Below, piece by piece: positions 56,859 through 64,000 of a stretch of DNA of 64,000 nucleotides. The position numbers and the translations under genes were made by a program. The DNA is taken from IMG/VR virus record IMGVR_UViG_2897842695_000001, positions 31,652-95,651 of that record. One strand, 5' to 3'. Each line of letters begins with the position of its first letter. Position 1 is the stretch's first letter. The DNA comes from a virus (taxonomy: Duplodnaviria > Caudoviricetes). The notes beneath the pieces are model-generated. The model had not been told where the DNA came from. It searched no databases and saw nothing but the letters and a program-made list of their open reading frames with translations.

Positions 56859-57311
56859 ATGACAAGCACAAAGAGATATAACGGCGTTGGTAAGCGTATC
56901 AGCTCGAATATTTGGGTACACCGGACCTACGCAAGCGAGCATTTGACCACCCATGAGCTAAATGCTCTTGAGCTGGTGGATTTTCAATATGATGTTGTAC
57001 GACTGGACCTCACAACAAGAGACATAGCACTGATCCGGTGCGAGGACTTCGACGGCCAGCACGAACCGGTCATTGTTGAAACTCTCAACCTATCCAGCGG
57101 TAAGCGCACCACCAGCAACACAAACCCCCTTATCTATCATCACAAGTGGTTATTCGTTACGGATGAATACGCCGGTTTTGATGTGGCCGCAGCCAAGGCC
57201 CGATCCGAACGGTGGCAACTGCATTCCCCAAGAACGCGCAACTTTACCAGCCGCATAGGCCGCTTAAACTACTGGCGAGACTGGTTAACAAGCGTTGGCC
57301 TAGAACACTAA
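56859..57311 (+). CDS. protein resembling the non-catalytic domain of phosphorothioation-associated putative methyltransferases
   Basis: VGKRISSNIWVHR...DFD...EP...NPLIYHHKWLFV. Confidence 0.55.
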   Translation: MTSTKRYNGVGKRISSNIWVHRTYASEHLTTHELNALELVDFQYDVVRLDLTTRDIALIRCEDFDGQHEPVIVETLNLSSGKRTTSNTNPLIYHHKWLFVTDEYAGFDVAAAKARSERWQLHSPRTRNFTSRIGRLNYWRDWLTSVGLEH

Positions 57312-57445
57312 CGAGCGTTTTATTACTAACGATAAATATCGGTGTGACTCCCAGCCACAATACGGAATTATAGCTATTCAATCAGCTTCCTATTTTTCGA
57401 ACAGGCCGTATATTGCTGATGTATTTCATAAAACGGAATTAGGTT

Positions 57446-57817
57446 TTGAAAAACAAGAACTATCAGAAGCAAGCAGCGGCTTTGTTTGCCTTGCTGACCA
57501 TCGGCTCGGCGTTTGTTAATGCCTACGGTATGGTTGCAAGCGTTGGCGAACAGATCATTGCTTTCATTTCTGCGCTTATCACCTACGCAGTGATTGTGTG
57601 CTTGTTTCTTACGTATCTAAACATCGATGCGATTAGCATCAAGGCAAGAACGCGTATCGGCGTTAGCTTTGTGATTATGACGATCGTTGAAAGTGTTTAT
57701 CCAATGGTCCTGTATAGCGATCAGACGCTACCAACAGACTACTACTTTGTGTTTTTCGTCCAGCTGATACTAAACACATACATAGCCAAGGTAATATCTA
57801 ATGAACGCACTTCTTAG
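57446..57817 (+). CDS. four-TM membrane protein
   Basis: Four hydrophobic segments. Confidence 0.65.
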   Translation: MKNKNYQKQAAALFALLTIGSAFVNAYGMVASVGEQIIAFISALITYAVIVCLFLTYLNIDAISIKARTRIGVSFVIMTIVESVYPMVLYSDQTLPTDYYFVFFVQLILNTYIAKVISNERTS

Positions 57818-58118
57818 CCAGCTTGGTAAAGCATCACCGCTTGGTTCACTTCTCATGAAGATGAAAGGCCAGTTAGACTCTCAAGCTGATGCAAACCGAG
57901 TTTATAAAGATCTATACCCTGTCCTCCAAGACCTCTTAGAGCGCGGTTATCGTTTCGAGTCGCCAGAGATCCAAGGCGTTGTTTCTGTATTGCGAGAACT
58001 GCCAGCTTGGGGAGCGAAAAGACGCGAGTTTGAGAAACGCTACTTACGTGATGAGTACACATTACGCAAGCTACCCCGTGACCCGTCTTACTTCAACGGT
58101 CAAGGTTGTTGGCACTAA
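57801..58118 (+). CDS. hypothetical protein
   Basis: Coupled to the membrane-protein gene. Confidence 0.6.
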   Translation: MNALLSQLGKASPLGSLLMKMKGQLDSQADANRVYKDLYPVLQDLLERGYRFESPEIQGVVSVLRELPAWGAKRREFEKRYLRDEYTLRKLPRDPSYFNGQGCWH

Positions 58119-58270
58119 AAAGCCACCAGCAACCCAAAAGCTCCACTTAAAGCCACCAAATCCGGTGGCTTTTTTCATTTTTGCTCATCAATTCGTTAAT
58201 ATGTTCGGAATAACTTGATTGAACTAATGCGATTCGCATATAGTAAACAGTCAGAACAAACAAACATTTA

Positions 58271-59026
58271 ATGGACATAGCAATGATTGAATACAAGGTA
58301 GGAAACTACACTTTTTCAACGGACCTCACCCGCTACGCTAAGGAAGTTGGTAAAGAGGGAAACTACACTATCGGCTCTTGCATCGTTGAGTTCATCGAGG
58401 CCGGTTCTAAGGTGTTCACACCAGAGCCTAAGTTTATCGATACCACTAAGCCTTACGAACTACTCGACATTGATCCAGACACCGGCTTGCGTGGCCGCTT
58501 TGCAGTGCAAGAAACACCGTTTCGCATGAACGTTGAACTGGCCGAGGTTCGCAGCTGGACACGTAAAGCCAGCATCACCGGCAAAAATGGGGATCTGGAT
58601 GCAGTGATCTATGCCAATCTGACCAAACAAGGCCGCCCACATGACATAGAGAACTATGAGCATGAGTTCAACCGCCTACTGATACAAGTCAACACACCTA
58701 AAGAAGCATCACCGGAAACCGTGTCGGCGCTTATCCGTCATACGTCCGAAGTTAAGGCCCGTAACCTCCAGACCAAACGAGTGAGAGACTTAGCCGAAAA
58801 GCTCGATATAACGATAGCCCTTGCTCAAGCCCTTGCAGCATGCGAGATTGACGGCGGTATCATTTATCGCGAGCATGGCTGGCATACACCAAAAGCCTTA
58901 TTTGTATCTCCACCAGCACAAGGACACCTTAACTTGCTGGTGGAACGAGGCTTAATGCAGTTCACTGATAACACATACACCGCTACTGACTTAGGCCGCA
59001 AAGTAGTTCGCGACCATTACCTATAA
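58271..59026 (+). CDS. hypothetical protein
   Basis: Preceded by TTGATT-18-TATAGT promoter; wHTH-like end YTATDLGRK. Confidence 0.65.
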   Translation: MDIAMIEYKVGNYTFSTDLTRYAKEVGKEGNYTIGSCIVEFIEAGSKVFTPEPKFIDTTKPYELLDIDPDTGLRGRFAVQETPFRMNVELAEVRSWTRKASITGKNGDLDAVIYANLTKQGRPHDIENYEHEFNRLLIQVNTPKEASPETVSALIRHTSEVKARNLQTKRVRDLAEKLDITIALAQALAACEIDGGIIYREHGWHTPKALFVSPPAQGHLNLLVERGLMQFTDNTYTATDLGRKVVRDHYL

Positions 59027-59040
59027 GAGCAAATAGAAAC

Positions 59041-59463
59041 ATGAGCACAGATACAGAAATTCAAACGCTAGTAATGCAAGCCCGTAACTATGAGTCATTC
59101 ATTAACAGCAAGATAGCCGAAGTAACCAGCTTTCGCCGTGAGTACCTAGACGAGCTACTACGAACGGCAAAGATCCAGTTTCCGGAAATGCGAGATTATG
59201 AGCTTGATGGCCGAATGGTTACGCCACCACAAGTACAGCTGTTCCAGAACGTGCTAGATACATTGATCGCTAAGATGGGATTCACCATCACCGAACACCA
59301 AGACGAGTTAACGAGCGTGCGAGCGCTACGCAGACGCTTAAATCCGGACCGTTGCGAGTCTATACCCGACTTTGTATGCCCTAAGTGCCACACGGAGTCT
59401 TGGAGTCCATTTGATGCACAACAAGGCTATTGTAACCAGTGCAAGGAATTTACAGGGAAGTAG
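59041..59463 (+). CDS. hypothetical protein with C-terminal zinc ribbon
   Basis: CPKC...YCNQC. Confidence 0.65.
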   Translation: MSTDTEIQTLVMQARNYESFINSKIAEVTSFRREYLDELLRTAKIQFPEMRDYELDGRMVTPPQVQLFQNVLDTLIAKMGFTITEHQDELTSVRALRRRLNPDRCESIPDFVCPKCHTESWSPFDAQQGYCNQCKEFTGK

Positions 59464-59465
59464 CC

Positions 59466-59693
59466 ATGAACAAGCTAGTCAGACTCAAGCATTGTGAGTC
59501 GCGAGGCGTAATACCAGCCGAGGACCAGACTTGGTGCGCCATGTACACAGCAGATACCGAGCGTACTTTGTGTGGTGATGCCATCGACACTGACAACGTG
59601 ATCGAGGCCGACTACAAGACCGTTAAGAGAGGCGGGATAACCTGTCCTTTCTGTCTTGAAGTGATACGCCATGTTAAGACCATAAAACTATGA
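59466..59693 (+). CDS. small zinc-binding hypothetical protein
   Basis: TLCG...ITCPFC. Confidence 0.6.
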   Translation: MNKLVRLKHCESRGVIPAEDQTWCAMYTADTERTLCGDAIDTDNVIEADYKTVKRGGITCPFCLEVIRHVKTIKL

Positions 59694-59782
59694 ATTACGG
59701 GCCACCAGCAAGGTGGCCTTATTTTTTTCGAAATAAATTTGACTTGAGCATCGCTAATTTCTAAGTTTTAAAAAAAAGCAAT

Positions 59783-59998
59783 ATGCTCCCAAAAATATGT
59801 GTAGTAATCGCACTCGCCATCGCGATCAATAAATTGGCAAAGAAAGAAAATGAAACAAACCTAAAGGCCGCCGCCGAGTTCATTAAAAGCTGTTCCCAGC
59901 TAATCAGCAAAGCTACCCGCTTCATGCTGGCTTGGGGATTTGTCGAACTGGTTCACGGCCTCGACATTGGCTTTATCATCACTAAGTTGATGAGCTAG
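59783..59998 (+). CDS. small membrane protein
   Basis: Two hydrophobic segments. Confidence 0.5.
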   Translation: MLPKICVVIALAIAINKLAKKENETNLKAAAEFIKSCSQLISKATRFMLAWGFVELVHGLDIGFIITKLMS

Positions 59999-60082
59999 TC
60001 AGCTATTGGACCGTCCTTGTGGTGGTCCTCTAGTCCTCCAATATGGAAAGGCCACCAGCTGCAAACCGGTGGCCTTTGTCGT

Positions 60083-60619
60083 CTATGCGCGTTTGCGCTT
60101 TGTCCCATACACTAGAACGTCCAGCATATCGCGTTGATACTCGGTTAGTTCATACTCTGTCGTTAACTGAATGAAGTCGGGAAGCGAAAAATACCCATTC
60201 CTCCAGCCTATGTAGCGTTTGATTACCTCATGACTACAATACTTACCAGAACGGGCCGCAATGTACTCGGCCTTGCGCTGGTGGTGCTGTCGGCCTGTAT
60301 TGAGCACGGCGCTTACCGCAGTCGTCACAATGCTTTTGCTAAAAGGTGATGAGTAGAACGGATTATGGCTAATCGTGATACCTAGTTCTTGCTCAGTGAC
60401 GGGTAAAGGCGGCTTAATGTGGCCTATCGGTTTGATATCGGCGCCAATATAGAACTTAGCGTATCGCTTGGCCTCATTGGCCCGATTCAACCATTCAATT
60501 TCTGGCTTACTGCTTGGCGTGGATACCATCATTACTTCTGGAACACGCGCAGAGATAGCGCAACGGGCATAAACAAGATCATTCCAAGCTTGATAACTAC
60601 TGTAACTTATCTCATCCAC
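60083..60619 (-). CDS. hypothetical protein
   Basis: ORF track. Confidence 0.55.
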   Translation of the reverse strand: MDEISYSSYQAWNDLVYARCAISARVPEVMMVSTPSSKPEIEWLNRANEAKRYAKFYIGADIKPIGHIKPPLPVTEQELGITISHNPFYSSPFSKSIVTTAVSAVLNTGRQHHQRKAEYIAARSGKYCSHEVIKRYIGWRNGYFSLPDFIQLTTEYELTEYQRDMLDVLVYGTKRKRA

Positions 60620-60622
60620 CGG

Positions 60623-60835
60623 TTATTTTCCTTTCTCCTTGGCCGCTGGCTTATTCAGACGCTTTCTAAAGCTCAGTCCAGTACCAGTCAGCGAACCGGA
60701 CAAATAAACGCCCCCACGGCCTATATTGAGCCGAATTAGGCGACCTCCAATAGACACGCTATTGAATCCAGTCTTGCCAAAGTTCAAACGAACGAATGGC
60801 AATAAACGAACAGTTTTTTTAAAACGAACTTCCAT
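60623..60835 (-). CDS. DUF4236-like protein
   Basis: RFKKTVRLLPFVRLNFGKTG...SIG...GTGLSFR. Confidence 0.8.
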   Translation of the reverse strand: MEVRFKKTVRLLPFVRLNFGKTGFNSVSIGGRLIRLNIGRGGVYLSGSLTGTGLSFRKRLNKPAAKEKGK

Positions 60836-60855
60836 AGTTACAACCTAAAACTTTG

Positions 60856-61110
60856 CTAGTTCTTGCTCTTAGCAGTAAAGCCGAAGTGATCCGCAATAAG
60901 CTCACCTTTACGGTTTAAGCGGTTGCAGTTGCGCTCCATTACGTACTTTTGGGATTCACTAACCAAACCATCGAGGCAATAGATGATCTCGTTATTGAGC
61001 GCGATACGTTGCGCCTTGCTTATGATTGGCGTGCACGCAGCTTTAACCAACGCCACGACAATTGCAGTGACAAAGAGCATAAAAGGAAGCCAAACAACGA
61101 ACCAACGCAT
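60856..61110 (-). CDS. membrane-anchored hypothetical protein
   Basis: N-terminal TM segment. Confidence 0.55.
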   Translation of the reverse strand: MRWFVVWLPFMLFVTAIVVALVKAACTPIISKAQRIALNNEIIYCLDGLVSESQKYVMERNCNRLNRKGELIADHFGFTAKSKN

Positions 61111-61114
61111 TGAT

Positions 61115-61462
61115 TTAGCCCTTGGCCGCCAATGATTGAATGGTCATGTTGTCTAGCTGGCCGATAACAACGCTCGATACGCGTTCCCATACTTCGCAAT
61201 TATCTTCTTTGCGTGGTTCGGTAACTGCATTAACAACCGCAGTAACCGTGACCTCACCATTGACCGTTGCGCCGCCGTTTGGTCCTTTGAAAGTTTTAAT
61301 GATCCCTGCCTGTCTAAATCTGGCAAAGATCTGTTCTAAGTAAGAAAGAGACACACCCATACTTTGTGCAATATCAGCCAAGCGAACCGGCGAACCCTCG
61401 CCCATTCTTTGAACGGCCACCAGCGCAGTAAGAGCAATTTTTGTTTTGTTAGTAAGTCTCAT
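61115..61462 (-). CDS. Rrf2-family regulator, IscR-like, shortened cluster-binding region
   Basis: MRLT.K, PVRLADIA, VSLSYLEQIF, KGPNGG. Confidence 0.85.
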   Translation of the reverse strand: MRLTNKTKIALTALVAVQRMGEGSPVRLADIAQSMGVSLSYLEQIFARFRQAGIIKTFKGPNGGATVNGEVTVTAVVNAVTEPRKEDNCEVWERVSSVVIGQLDNMTIQSLAAKG

Positions 61463-61567
61463 GATTGTTTCTCAAGATTGAAAGAGTGACGCGGTAACGC
61501 AATAAAGAGCCATAACGCGACACTCAAAAAGTAAGCAGTTAAAATAAGCAATAAATGAAATACGACA

Positions 61568-62071
61568 CTAGGCCGCATACGTGTTTAATTCTTTCAGCCT
61601 TTTGCGGATCTCTGTTTGGTATTCGCGGTCGTAGTAAGACTCATCGAGAGAATCAGGGAATACTGGCGGTAGGTTGTCGTGTTCGCAGACGAAATCCCAA
61701 ATCTCAGATGCGCTATAACGCTTCACTTCAAAATAGTGCTCTGCTAACCCGAATTGACTGTTACCAAGCTCTAGTGTTGGGTCGTAATGCTTACCGTCAA
61801 ATTCGATCCACGCATGGCCGCTAAGAAAGCCAACACCGAGATCTGAAACACCTAACACGTAAGTCGCCTCAATATTGCGTGAGCGCAGTTCTAAGACCAG
61901 CATTGCCATGTTGTAGTAGCACACGCCAACTTTAGGCTTTAATGCCTTGGCGATGCGATACAGCGATGTTTCTAACGGTAGTTTGTTGATAGGTTGATGG
62001 ACCAAAAGATCTGTTTTGACCTCATACACGGTATGGATGAACTCAAGTTGTTTGGCAAAAGGTTTGCTCAT
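61568..62071 (-). CDS. transglutaminase/papain-like fold protein
   Basis: CYYN...HAWIE...YDPT Cys-His-Asp pattern. Confidence 0.55.
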   Translation of the reverse strand: MSKPFAKQLEFIHTVYEVKTDLLVHQPINKLPLETSLYRIAKALKPKVGVCYYNMAMLVLELRSRNIEATYVLGVSDLGVGFLSGHAWIEFDGKHYDPTLELGNSQFGLAEHYFEVKRYSASEIWDFVCEHDNLPPVFPDSLDESYYDREYQTEIRKRLKELNTYAA

Positions 62072-62091
62072 GTTCCTAGCCTCAATAGTGA

Positions 62092-62622
62092 TTACTGGTA
62101 CTCGATGTTTGCTGCTTCGAGTAGTGCGATAAGTTCGCTTTCTCGCTTAGTGGCGGCCTCTAGCTTGGCCCGTAGCTGGTCATTCTCTGCGGATAGCTGC
62201 TCCACTTGTCTAGTGGCCTTATTGGCTCTATTGCGTTCAGCTATGTACTCGCTGTGATAACAGTCTGTTTCGTCGTCGTCGCATTCGTGGTCGTCGTCCT
62301 CATCCTCTAGAACATCGATGCGGCACACTAGCTCGGCCATCTTTTCCAGTTCGGCAACTACTTCGTCACGATAGAGCGAGGCGAACGTGTCAACCATGCT
62401 GACGTATGTATGAAATAACTCAGCGTGTAGGCTCTCTTGTAAGCTGGTGGCGGCTTGCTTCTCGTCGTCATAAAAGCCCATCGTTGTGCGCCAGTTGCAC
62501 AAATAGCCATGAATAAACGAAAGCGGGAATGATTCATCGGTCGCGTGGTCCACCAGCTTTTTAATATCGTGGTAAGTCCTTACGCGGTCCATTTCGTCAG
62601 AGAACAGGCCAGCTATGCACAT
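62092..62622 (-). CDS. hypothetical protein
   Basis: Acidic patch and C-terminal coiled coil. Confidence 0.55.
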   Translation of the reverse strand: MCIAGLFSDEMDRVRTYHDIKKLVDHATDESFPLSFIHGYLCNWRTTMGFYDDEKQAATSLQESLHAELFHTYVSMVDTFASLYRDEVVAELEKMAELVCRIDVLEDEDDDHECDDDETDCYHSEYIAERNRANKATRQVEQLSAENDQLRAKLEAATKRESELIALLEAANIEYQ

Positions 62623-62885
62623 ACAGGGCGAACCTCGAACTTACGGATACCGCATTCTTTTAACAGGTTGCCTAACGTATCTAAGCGCCAGATGCGCTCC
62701 TTATTGGTGCGGTTGTGGCGCACGAAATAGGCTTTCACGTTGTTAGCTTCTGTATTGTCGATCGCGATGAGCGCGTACTTGTTGTTCTTGGTTTCTTGGG
62801 CCGTGATATTGAAGTCTCGGCCATGTTCGATAAGGCGCTTAAACTCGCCTAATAAGAGAGGTTTTAAAGTCTTGGACATTTGCAA
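62613..62885 (-). CDS. hypothetical protein
   Basis: ORF track; R..RLDT..LL..CGI..FEV. Confidence 0.6.
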   Translation of the reverse strand: MQMSKTLKPLLLGEFKRLIEHGRDFNITAQETKNNKYALIAIDNTEANNVKAYFVRHNRTNKERIWRLDTLGNLLKECGIRKFEVRPVCA

Positions 62886-63005
62886 ATCGTCCTTTTGCTG
62901 GTGGTAAATAGGATATTTGCGGGAATACTACCACTTTAAATAGGTGAAATGCAAAGGTTGTTCGGAATGAGTATAAACGGCGGCCATATCTCAGACCGCC
63001 ACCAA

Positions 63006-63530
63006 TTATAAGAACATTGCCCCCAAATTACGATTCATGTACGACATAAGCTCTAAGTTGTCTTTGTACGCCTCCAGCAAGGCACGTTTTACGATGGCAT
63101 AAGCGCCCATGCGGCCATGCTTATCTATACTCGCCTTTAATGAATGCTTTTCTTGCTTGCGGTCATAAATAGATTCATAAGTGCAGTAACTCGAAATGTA
63201 ATACCTACGGCCTGTATTGTCGGTCCAGAAAACCGGCTCTAGGTTTCGAGGCAAACGCGACAGCAAGTTAAATTCACGGCGAACGCGATTCCAATGCTTG
63301 CCCCATAGTTTCTTGCCAGCTTTGTTTCTAACATTAACGGCCTTTCGTATTCCTCGACGCTTACCGATCCGCTTATAGCCAACGGACGCGTAGAAATAGC
63401 CGCCCTCCGGCATTGGGATCGTCACCTTGAGCGTGTTTCCGCGCTTGGCTTCGCTAATGAACCGGTATCCAGTGTTAGAGACAAAGTAAGCGTAAGCATT
63501 TTTGGTTTCTCGGTTCGCCATGACTAACAA
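63006..63530 (-). CDS. basic hypothetical protein (possible AP2-like DNA binding)
   Basis: K/R-rich; SIDKHG..GA motif. Confidence 0.5.
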   Translation of the reverse strand: MLVMANRETKNAYAYFVSNTGYRFISEAKRGNTLKVTIPMPEGGYFYASVGYKRIGKRRGIRKAVNVRNKAGKKLWGKHWNRVRREFNLLSRLPRNLEPVFWTDNTGRRYYISSYCTYESIYDRKQEKHSLKASIDKHGRMGAYAIVKRALLEAYKDNLELMSYMNRNLGAMFL

Positions 63531-63724
63531 CCCAAGTTAACGCTTTTCAGCGCTTCGTAAGAGCAACCAAAAACACCTCGAATCGCTTTCTTGCTGAACC
63601 CAGCAGCCAATAGACGTTGAACGTCTTTCTTTTGGCTGGTGGTAAGGTCCACGTAGCTCGCCTCTCTCTGGCGTAGCTTGAACTCGTTCTTGCGTAGATT
63701 TAGGGAAAATAGGGAGCGGTTCAT
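63524..63724 (-). CDS. small HTH-like protein
   Basis: LLAAGFSKKAIRGVFGCS. Confidence 0.5.
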   Translation of the reverse strand: MNRSLFSLNLRKNEFKLRQREASYVDLTTSQKKDVQRLLAAGFSKKAIRGVFGCSYEALKSVNLGC

Positions 63725-64000
63725 TATTGATTATCCTCTGTTAGCTCACCGGCCAAAGGCAATGAAATGCCTATTACAAACTTACTTGTCTCATCATCAA
63801 AGGTCGCAATATAGCGGTCGGTGATAGCTACGGAGCTATGGCCTAACGCCTCTTTCAAGTGCTTCATATCAGCGCCGTTCTTGCGGAGCATCATTGCAAA
63901 TGTTTTGCGTAGAGAGTGAGTAGAAAGCTGGTAAGGCAGCTGGAGAGTGGTTGCAATCTCTTTCAACACACGGTTGATGTACTGACGCGTGATTGGTCGG
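63724..64000 (-). CDS. tyrosine recombinase, C-terminal part (5' end outside window)
   Basis: HSLRKTFA...LGHSS...T.RY catalytic motifs. Confidence 0.9.
   Translation of the reverse strand, partial: RPITRQYINRVLKEIATTLQLPYQLSTHSLRKTFAMMLRKNGADMKHLKEALGHSSVAITDRYIATFDDETSKFVIGISLPLAGELTEDNQ

Noticed and set aside
60083-60619. Terminase-like fragments (MMVSTP, YIGAD, LTEYQRDML)
   Set aside because: Motifs are short, out of order and lack Walker A; not supportable.
63724-64000. Calling the recombinase Cre and looking for a lox site
   Set aside because: Only a generic tyrosine-recombinase C-terminus is visible and no lox-like site was recognised.
1-64000. tRNA, rRNA, IS elements, c4 antisense RNA
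   Set aside because: None recognised by eye; a covariance-model scan would be needed to exclude them.

Overview
A 64-kb segment of a P1-like (Punavirus-related) temperate phage-plasmid, very likely from a Vibrionaceae host. It contains parA-parB with a 7 x 33/34-bp repeat array, then a long leftward block syntenic with P1: ddrB, ddrA, darA, hdf, lydB/lydA, two tail fibres, R, 16, bplA, pmgA, sit, pmgB, tub, pmgC, bplB, pmgG, 21, 22, 23, lysis genes, 5, 6, 24, 7, 25, 26, mat and ref. A higBA module sits where P1 has immI. The right end holds small early/accessory genes and a partial tyrosine recombinase. Two systems stand out. (1) An apparent quorum-sensing hijack kit: an unannotated ~107-nt sRNA (42210-42316) carrying the 17-nt Vibrio Qrr core CTAGCCAACTGACGTTG, four Qrr-like stem-loops and a sigma70-type promoter, plus an AphA homologue (50200-50697). 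IscR-like and RNAP alpha-CTD-like mimics are also present. (2) A cassette behind a tail fibre (15178-20730) encoding a Thr/Ser/Trp tetrapeptide-repeat adhesin, an unannotated 51-aa peptide with the same repeat, two glycosyltransferase-like proteins, a GNAT-like protein, a nucleoside phosphorylase and a radical SAM enzyme with a cysteine-free SPASM remnant; this is a candidate virion-protein modification pathway. All family assignments come from recalled motifs and synteny; no searches were run.
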